From contig MU271341.1 of assembly GCA_021432655.1 (NCBI GenBank), positions 62,001-86,255 of the forward strand: a stretch of DNA of 24,255 nucleotides. The letters run 5' to 3'. The position numbers were made by a program, and so were the translations under genes. The stretch comes from Atractiella rhizophila. Lineage: Eukaryota. Below the pieces are notes generated by a model, which saw only the letters and a list, made by a program, of their open reading frames with translations, was not told the DNA's origin and made no database searches. Positions 1 to 10,532 of this stretch are shown here, in pieces. Numbering within the stretch: the first letter of the stretch is position 1; each line of letters starts with the position of its first letter.

Positions 1-10
1 CTTGTTTCAG

Positions 11-935
11 TATTCCCTGATGAAACTCTCGCTTTGTGTGGCTTAGAATCTAAGCCAGTGGGTTCGATAAATGTTGAACGCACACCTCTTTACATGGCTT
101 TTCGACCCAATTCCGAGAACTTGGTGATTGGTGACGATAATGATCGATTACAGTTCATGGATTTTCGAGAATACAAGATTGTCCGTTCATGGCAGCCGAA
201 AGAGGTTATTCTTCCTTCATCTCTCTCTTCCTCGGTAACGTTGAGGTACAGTCAAAGGCCCAAGTCAACGAGTTCCGCTTCGCGCCTTCAGGGCGAGCCC
301 TAATAATTGCACATGGAGACCATCGGGCCAGCATTTATGAATATGAGACGATGAAGGAGATGCATGACCTTCTGTGTCACACAGGGCGGTATGTTTGTAT
401 GGATATCGATCCGTCTGGGAGGTACGATTTCTCCAAGATTTCTTCTTCTTATTTTGTTGGTATGCTCACACAAGCTGGCTAGGACCATGGCAATTGGCGC
501 ACATGACGCATTGGTATCTATATGGGACACCAAAGATTGGATCTGCACCGCCACTTATGCAGAATTTGAGTTCGTCCTCTCTTTCTTTATCCTTGTTGAC
601 ACATAACAGAACCGCTGAAGACAAGGGTAGCCAATCAGTGACCAGCGTCTCACTTTCGTACGATGGGAAATACTGCGCCGCGACGACGGAGGGGGATAAC
701 AGATTCGAGATTTTCGACACATCAAATGGCAAGCAGGTCCATCAGGTCTCCCCTGCTGATGGGCATGTGCAGGCTCTCGGTTCGTTCTCTTTCTCCTCTC
801 TCGCATCCAAATGAGCGGTTAACTCGTTTTATGGTGTTCATTTCGATAGCTTTCTGCCCGACAAAACCGTATCTCGCTTATGCCAAGAAAGGCACACCGG
901 AAGGAATGGTTTCTGTTTTGGGTTTGGATCGATAG
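11..935 (+). CDS. THOC3: THO complex subunit 3 (Tex1/THOC3)-like WD40 protein; 5' end lies outside the window; 4 complete introns
   Basis: The spliced translation reads ...VNEFRFAPSGRALIIAHGD...HTGRYVCMDIDPSGR|TMAIGAHDALVSIWDTKDWIC...VTSVSLSYDGKYCAATTE...FEIFDTSNGKQVHQV...LAFCPTKPYLAYA. This follows the C-terminal WD repeats of THOC3 as I recall them (DPxGRYFAxGSADALVSLWD, SFSHDGK, AWHPKRPLLAFA). Introns are GT-AG and the stop is TAG at 933-935. Confidence 0.8.
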
Positions 936-1072
936 CGCGATTCTTTCTCTCTTCTCTTGGCTTGTAGTTTTTCTTCGTCACTATGTGGTTTTTGTCTAAC
1001 AAAAGTACATTGCAATGGCATCGCTTATGCTTCACGGAACGGAGACTAACAGGTCGTAACAAATCATCAATA

Positions 1073-3703
1073 TTACATCGAATTCTTCCCCGTCCTGATC
1101 GATTGACCGTCTACGCTCTTCCTCAGGCTATCGCTGTCAACGTCATTCTCTATACTCAGACTATCAAGTCTGTCCTGTTCCTCCACATTCTGCTCCACGC
1201 TCTTCGTATCCGTCCTGCTTAGGGCTCCATCCGCCGTCGCGCCGTAATCAGCGATGTAACGGCGCTCTTTCCGTTTCAAACCACAGCAACTCGCGCCAGG
1301 GTTGTCTTCAAGAGAGGTGCGAATAACAGAGCCAGCGAATAGAAGGTCCATTTCCTCCAACGGAACACCTTTCGTTTCCGGCAAACCAATGAGCACCTGA
1401 GGCAGACCATGGTATTACGTTCACTGTTTCGACGTGGCGAAGAAGGGAACCCGTACCCAGAGAGTCATGAGCACACACATGCTTCCGAAAAGGAGAAAAG
1501 TCCCATATTTGATGCTTTCGAGCAGAGTTGGTGTGATCCGGACAATGACCTTGAGTTCGCAGAACATGAATAAATGTGATCATGCAAGGGGCGACTTACA
1601 AAGTTGAAGAGCCATTGGGTCATCAACGCGAACGACATCGTGAAAGAACGAAGATTCGTGGGAATCACTTCCGTCGCGACCTGCATTCGGTAGGATGGAT
1701 CAGCAAAAGTGCGGACTACGGAGGAAGGGCCCACCATCCACGGAATTGTTCCCCATCCAAAACTGTAGAAGACGCTATCGAGGAAAGTATGAGGGCAGTT
1801 TCTTGGATGAGTGCAAACTGACACATAGACATATACAAATGCAATGGCTCCATAACTGGCCCCAATTCGCTCATGTCCCGGATGGATTTTCCCGTAAGCT
1901 CCCAAGTAGTACCTATTCTAAACGTCAAAGCTGTTTGTTTTGAGCAAAAGGCACTTGCATTGATATCGCTTGCCCCATCCCGCCAACGATCAGCGAACGC
2001 TTTCGACCTGCTTGTTCGACAGCCAGAGCGAGACCGAGAGCCGTGCAGACCACCTTGACGATGCCTTTACATAGGAATAGTTTCCAAAATACTACGACGA
2101 GATAAAGAGAACAACGAACCGAAAACCCCGGGGCAAAAAAGCCCACCGCCGGTGAAGAAAAGCCCAAAGTTGCCAAAAACTGCCGAACGGGCAAAAAACC
2201 TGGTTGGGCCCTGCAAAGAAGAGGGAAAGTAAAATGGCAGACCTGTAGACATTGATAGAATTTGTTCCCGTCCATTGCTGCCGGACCATCATCTATCAGC
2301 ATCTCTATCTCACTATCTGAACAGAACTGACCTGGAAGAACATGACGATAATGCCAATCCCTGCCCTATAAAGCATCCCCTTCTGTCTGAAGACCCTCTT
2401 CCCCTGATCCTTCCAACTCAGTTTCTCCCGTCCTTGCACATCCGCCCTGATAGAATCGAGCTCCTTCTCCGCCTCGCTCACTCTACCTCCTTTCAGCTTG
2501 ATCAGGACCACGCGGGCCTCGTCCCACTTTCCATTTTCCGCCAGAAATCTGGGAGACTCAGGCTGAAATACGAGGAGAAGAGCCATCAAAGCGCCAGGAA
2601 TCATTTGGAGCCCGAATGCAGTCCGCCAGATGGTGGGACTGAGCTCGTCAGATGCGTTCTTCTGTAAGCCGTAGTTTACCCAATATGCGAGCATGATCCC
2701 TTCAGGTGCTGTCAGCCACTGCTGCTCTATTCAGGGAGGGGTAAAGAAGTACCGGTGACATTCTAGAGTACAATTGAAAAGTATTGCAATTTGAGAGAAG
2801 GAATAAGCGCACGAACAGCTGCATCATCCCAGTAAGCCGTCCACGAATCTCAGTCGGTGCACTATTCTCCTAATAGGAAAGATCTCAATTTCAAGACATC
2901 GTAAAGCTTACCATTCAGCAATGTAAATTGGCACGACCTACTTGACATGTTAGTCGTTCTTTGAATTGAAAACCGAAAGACTAACAGCAGAAGTAAGTCC
3001 CACACCAAATCCTCCCACGGCGCGACCGATATACAAGGGTGTTAGGCTCTTCGAACCTCGCAGCCCTGAACAGGTTTGGATGATTGAGCCGGCGAAGAAA
3101 ATCCAAATGGAGACGAAGAGGGACTTTGTGCCGAACCATTTCGTCATCGATCAGAAGGTAAGCAGAGAATAGGCACCTACCGGTCTGCGGCCCATTTGCG
3201 AGGAGAGAAAGAAGGACGAGAGTGCACCAAAGAAACATCCTGCTCTACAGTCCCACTCAGAAAGGAAAAGGACAGAATATGATGCGACAAACTGAAGGAC
3301 AGAGACGATGTCTCCGTTTAGGCTTGCGAGTTCGGAACGGCTCTTGTCGTTCAACCCAAAAGACAACCTGAAGGATTTCTCGACAAGAACTCCGCCAATA
3401 AGACCAGTCTACATTCAACCAATCAGTCTTGGCAGATCAGCATCCAGTAGAACCTACATCCCAGCCGAAGAACATGCCTGCTTCTAGTCAAGCACTTGTC
3501 AAAATAGGACGAAAGAAACGCACCTCCAAATCTGAACACAGAAATCATCAAAATGGCTTCAAAAACAGCGACGCAACTCACGATGCAGCAGCAGCCATAA
3601 AATATGCATTTCTATACCTCTTCACATCCTCCCAAATAGCCTTCGGGCCCAATTTGGGCCACACTGTAAGATTCTGAAGCTGCTCTGATGGGTTGAGAGG
3701 CAT
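1073..3703 (-). CDS. MFS sugar porter family transporter (quinate/hexose permease-like); about 17 introns; frame disrupted near 2120-2215
   Basis: ATG at 3703 (MPLNPSEQLQ...). Sugar-porter motifs in the spliced product: SFGGMFFGWDTGLIGG, QAGCFFGAL, GRAVGGFGVG, PIYIAECAPTEIRGRL, PESPRFL, FFQQWTGTNSIN, GIVKVV, EQAGRK, FGWGTIPW, PETKGVPLEEMD. Microexons at 3524-3531 and 2753-2762; GC-AG intron at 1913-1958. Confidence 0.92.
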
Positions 3704-3898
3704 GGTATGCGAAGCAGAGTTTTCTCGATCTGATGGCGTATGCTTAATATCTCAGGCTCTTAAGGCCTGCTCAGCGCAACCGTCCCCACTCCGAACTTCT
3801 TGAGAGCACGAAGCGACAAGCGTTCTTCATACGATCTTGTGAACAAGCCAGCGACTAACAAATTAGTGCTCACCAGATCCAAACAGGTTGAAGTTGAG

Positions 3899-3918
3899 AA
3901 AAAAAAAAAAAAAAAAAA
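3899..3918. repeat. poly(dA) tract A20 in the divergent transporter/homocitrate synthase intergenic region
   Basis: Twenty consecutive A residues read directly, roughly midway between the two divergent ATGs at 3703 and 4100. Confidence 0.9.
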
Positions 3919-4099
3919 CCATAGTTACAATAAAGTTAAGTTGGTTCTCCGGGTCGCGGCGAGAAGGCCGGGTGCAGAGCTTAAATTTTCCCTACGTAAC
4001 TTTTCAGTCTGAGTCGATCAAAAGTGGATTGCAACATCCAATCATAAAAGAAACGAATTTCAGCAACCATCTCCACTCAGCGATCAAAATTTTCTCAAA

Positions 4100-5784
<1,685 letters not shown>

Positions 5785-6342
5785 GCATTTCTACTAGACC
5801 ATCGCCAGTAGAGGAAAGAAGAGCTGTATATTTGTTTGTTTGTCGTTTTATATTGATGCTGAGAGCTTGTCTCGTATATACTCAAAAACTGAGATGGAAT
5901 CAGATGAAGTCTAGCTTCCTGTCATTCGCTTTGCCTGGCTCTGGAGGTGAACAAATTGATCGTGAATTCAGGGTTCACACAAAAGGCTACGAAAGATAGC
6001 GATACATATTTTTGACACGACACCAGTTTGGTATAAGAAAGTGTGGTTTAAGACAAGGAAGGAAGACTAGAGAAAAATCTATGGAAAGAAACCGAATGGC
6101 CACGAATAAATGAAGAACAGGATCGTACCTGGTTTGACAAATGAGATAAACTGACTTAAAGCCAAACTTCAAGCGAATGGATGAAAGAAATAACTCAGGA
6201 AGAAGGAAATGTGATAATTGAATAGAACAATGTCACGAAGTTGACCACTTCTAACAGTACCGATTTGCAGACATTTTCAACTATTAAACTTTTGTGAACG
6301 TTTCTGTTCGGGGTTGAAATCAAGAGGAGAGCAAGATTTTCC

Positions 6343-9300
6343 TTACGGTCGTTGGTTAGAATATTGAGGATACGCCTGGATGGGTTGAGTCTGATATGGC
6401 GGCATTGGAATCGGCGTTACCTGAGGTCTTCCACCCATCAATCCATTTCCGGGTGTGGTGGAGTAGGGTGGCACTGGTGAATAAGTGGAATTGTAAGGAT
6501 TGTTTGGGATTGTTGTCGACGAATATTGTGGCACCATTTGATGGTGGTTATATTGATGATTTTGGATGACAACGTTGTTAAAGAGTGTCATTCCTGTATT
6601 TCGGTGCTGCGGATAAGCTTCCCAAGTTCCCGGCATGTTGCCTATGTTCGAATGGTGAAGTAGGGGCTGACTGCCGTAGCTGTAAGTAGCAGAGCTGTAA
6701 GGGTCGAAGAATTGGGGTGCACTACGAGCATCGAATTGTTGATCGTTTGCTCTCGATAGGTCAAGTTCCTGATTCGCGGAGAACTCGTCGAAATCCCGAC
6801 CGTATTGTTTTGGATCAAGTCCAGTAGCAATAGCTTTCCGTACAATCTCCTCGTCCCACGTTGGAGGGTAAAGGGGAACCTGGGGCATCATTCCAGAAGA
6901 ATCCAACGGTTGGCTCAGATCCTGGTAGTCGATCGCCATTCGTTTCCCTCCTCGGTTGTCGTCAATTTCGTCCTCATCCCCCGCCCTTCTCTTCAGAGCA
7001 CGAGGTTGTTGTTGAGCTTCCGCTTCAGCCTTCAATAAATTCTCAACGAGAACCACCCCACGCCTTGCGATCTCGCTCGAGTTCGAGCTGGCTTGCAAGC
7101 CCTGGAGAAGAACTCGAATTCTTTCTCGGCATTTGTTGGCCTCGTGAACATCCCGTTGAACCTCTGGCGTCAGCAAATTGATGCAAAGGACGGTAGTTGC
7201 AGCAACAACCTGTAGGACGTTAGACTATCTCTTACTGATGGCAATCAACTCACATGGAAGCTTCCCTGCCATAATGCTCGGCCATGTGTGCCTTCTGGAC
7301 GAATGAATTCTCCGTAAATCATATCCGCCGCTGTTAGGCAAGCTCTGCACTTGGGTTCAGTCTTCACCACATGAAGGAACAACCAGCATACTTTCGCGAA
7401 AACTCATAACCAGCGCCTTCTTTGTCCTCCTGGAAAGCTCTCTGAAGGAAAGGACGATGTATGAGGATGAGCTTGTGAGCCGCGCTGAGACGAAACTATT
7501 TGGCTCAAGTTAAACTGAAGGCATCAAGGGAATAGCTCGGGGTAACATACGGCATGTCCTTGCCAGGCAACGTAAGGGGGCCAGGACGGATCTGGAGTTC
7601 CTACACCTTTCAAGCTAGAAAGGTGTCATCAATTTCTTAGTCGCATGTAAGGCGACGAAAACTTACTACTCGGGTGCGTCCTCGATGAAAGCGAGTAGCT
7701 CGCGATGCACTTCTTTGCAGGCCTTGAATGCTGCTTTTGGATTGTGACGGTGCTGGACTGATTGCTCGAAAAAGTTCCGCGTAAAGGTTGCGAGTTGTGA
7801 CTGCGTGATCAGCTTGGACGCAATGGTTGGGATTGATCGTGGTTGAACGTTCAAATAACCCTTGTCCAGATCCTCATCGTGTGCATTCGCTGGTAAGTCT
7901 GTATCGAATTGTGCAGGGGATGAAGCTGACATGTTCAATAAGGTCTAAGCGCGCTGCAGAAAAGATGCAACGTACAACAACAATAACGGTATGGCATATT
8001 GAACCAATCCTAGAAGAATGGTCAGAGAATAAGTTACGAGGAGGTCGATAATGTTACTTGATTGATCATAGCCCACCAAACCCGTTTCCTGCCAGGGGGC
8101 ATCAAAAGACGTCGGGGATACCTGAAACAACACACCTGATTTCTCGACCGACGAGTTGTTTAGCATTTGCCGTTGCTCCATCTTTAACTTTCCAATCGAC
8201 ATCTTTACCCAATCTGTGTAAATTAAGCGATTGAGCAATCTTGAGTCCAGCCCCGAGCAGAGTTCCAATGCTTTCCGACCCGCTGTGGCGCATCCTCTCA
8301 ATAACCATGTAGTATGGAAGAGATGGTCTTACCCAACTTCGTGACAACAAGTAACCATGATTGCAATTGTTTGCAAAGTGAAGATGGAGTGTTTGCCTAG
8401 TCTAACGATCAGGTATAGTATCGGGAAAGCGAATAAGAAGACGCACCCATCCAGTCTCCTCGGTGCAAAGCCTCCCATGCCGCATTATAAAACACTTTTG
8501 GCATTGTTTTGTACTGGTCTGGCGCGAAACCAGCGGCCGTGAATTCTTCTTTATTCATAGACCTTACTCCGACACAGAGCATGGTCCAGAATAGGGCAAG
8601 CCAGCATTGATGTACAACTGCATACAACTTAGCCCATCATCAGCACCAGTCGATGAGTTGAGACCCACTCTCAAGTTTCCTTTCTTCCCACTGCCAAAAT
8701 TCCGCCACTTCTCGCCTGAATGTGGGAGCGTGCACGCATCTGTAGCATAAAACAATTAGCGCTCAGTAAAAGTTGGATGTGATACTTACGCATGCTGCCA
8801 CAGCACCTGGGTGAGAGAGAACTCGAGAATTTTATCGCATGTCGTTTTATTGGGCAAGACGTTTTCGAAGATAGGTTGGCTGAGGTACGGATTTGGACTG
8901 CTGGTCTGAAGGCCGTCTGGGAGCAAGGAAGAGATAGGTGGGAGTGTTCCGAATTTCCTCTTTCCTGAGGAATTCGAGCTCGTTGAGCTCGTCTTCTCCA
9001 GCGACGCGGGTGGTCTTTGCGGAGTGAGAAGGGACATAGTCGGGGTGAGACCGCTGCCATCTGATGAATTGGTCTGTTGCTCTTGTCGTAGTGTCTCCCG
9101 AGCTTCAGGATTGAGCATGGACTCTTCTTCTTCTGGAGACTCCACTGCCGTGGCTGCGCCACCAGTCGCCGTCGAGAACCCTTGTCTGCGGTCTCGTCCC
9201 AATGCCTTCGAGGATGAATCACCAGTTGTGAGCTGATGTAAATTTGGCGAGCAAGTGGACGCACAAGATACTCAAGGGTAACAGCCGCCTCGGACTCTTC

Positions 9301-10532
9301 GTTCATACCCTCCGACCCCTTCTCTGTAGGTGTTCCATCCCCTCGAGTCGTCTTATCCTCCTCGAAGTTGAACTCGTTCTCTTCTTGTTTCGTCGCAAAA
9401 TGTTGGGAGTCTCTCGGAAGGCGATCTCGCCTTGGTCCTGTTTCTTCCATAATCATGTCCAGTGACGCATCGAAGCCTCGTCCTCGCTGAAACCCAGTTC
9501 CACTTCCCAAGCTACCAGGAGGGGGACCTTCGCTGGACGAGGGGGGATAGTTGGCTCCCATGGAATACCCATTACCATTATTCGGGCCGTTATCCGATCC
9601 TGAAGTTCCCCCTCCCATGCCTCCTCCCCAATCGTCAAAATCGTCTTTCTTCTTCCTACCTCGTTTCTTGCCTTCTGCTGCTATCTTTCCAGTATAGTTA
9701 GGCACGCCGGAGATATCTGCTTTCTCCTTTTCCAACCTTGAAACTTTGGCACGGAGGTCTTCGATCTCCCCACGCAACTCGTTCACAATATTGTGGACCG
9801 CTAAAGTGTCAATTAATAAGGCTTGGTTTGTTTGGAGGACGGAGAATTACCTAGTCGGAAGGAGTCGTGGGAATGCTGCAAGCTGGGAAGTGTCACGATA
9901 GCGTTGCTCGGGGTCGGAGGTAGAACCGTTGGATCGGGTGGGTGCGTGTTTGAATAGAGATTGTACTTTGCTCTACTAGCTTGCTTTAGCAATAACGGTC
10001 TGTGAGGTCAACGAGAACGGACTTGGTTCGTGGCTCAAATGGCTCAAGGTGACATTCGTCTGCTTTCCCACGCCTTCCACATCCCTTCAATCCTCCCGCC
10101 ATCGACGGAAACAAACCCACTCACTTGGTACATGGCTGACATGGTATCACCTTCGCCGACATCCACGCATCAGCCAGAACTCCCTACCCTCCAAACAAAA
10201 CACTACCTTGTCACATTTTATCTTCCTCCTCGTGCATTCCTACCAACACGCCGAGATCATGCACTCATCCAAAGTTGGAGATTCGACTCACTGTGCAACT
10301 GCGGCCCAATCCCATCAACAAAGCCACGGCGGCGGAGCAGAAATGAGAGAACGAACCTCCAACTAGGCCTTTGGCTCCTCTTAACTGATGATGGAGCACC
10401 AGGAGGGGTTGTACCTGTGTGTGGGATGCCAGATGGACCCCCAATCATAAGCATGCCCTGTGGTTGTTGACCTGCCAAAACCTGCGCAAAAGGGGGCATT
10501 TGGCCCATCGGAGGGCCGTCCCCAGCCTGCAT
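6343..10532 (-). CDS. Zn(II)2Cys6 fungal transcription factor with a fungal-specific middle-homology domain; about 18 introns
   Basis: ATG at 10532 (MQAGDGPP...). The spliced cluster SCTECTRRKIKCDKVIPCQPCTKRGKADECH gives CX2CX6CX5CX2CX8C. It is followed by a coiled coil (ELRGEIEDLRAKVSRLE), EAAVTLEYL|ALGR, AQSLNLHRLG, REIRKRVWWAMINQDW, IHRPFL and a Q/P/Y/N-rich C-terminal tail. Confidence 0.93.

Noticed and set aside
1215..1294. Possible extra GC-AG intron (gcgagt...gctgat...aag/cag) in the last transporter exon
   Set aside because: The unspliced frame is open to the stop at 1073, and no candidate acceptor matches the donor phase in that frame. It is not needed for the gene model.
3899..3918. 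A20 as a retroelement or processed-pseudogene tail
   Set aside because: I see no target-site duplication and no upstream element body; the flanking space is a short divergent promoter.
4010..4016. Gcn4/Cpc1-like site TGAGTCG upstream of homocitrate synthase
   Set aside because: It matches only 6 of 7 positions of TGAGTCA and occurs once, which is expected by chance.
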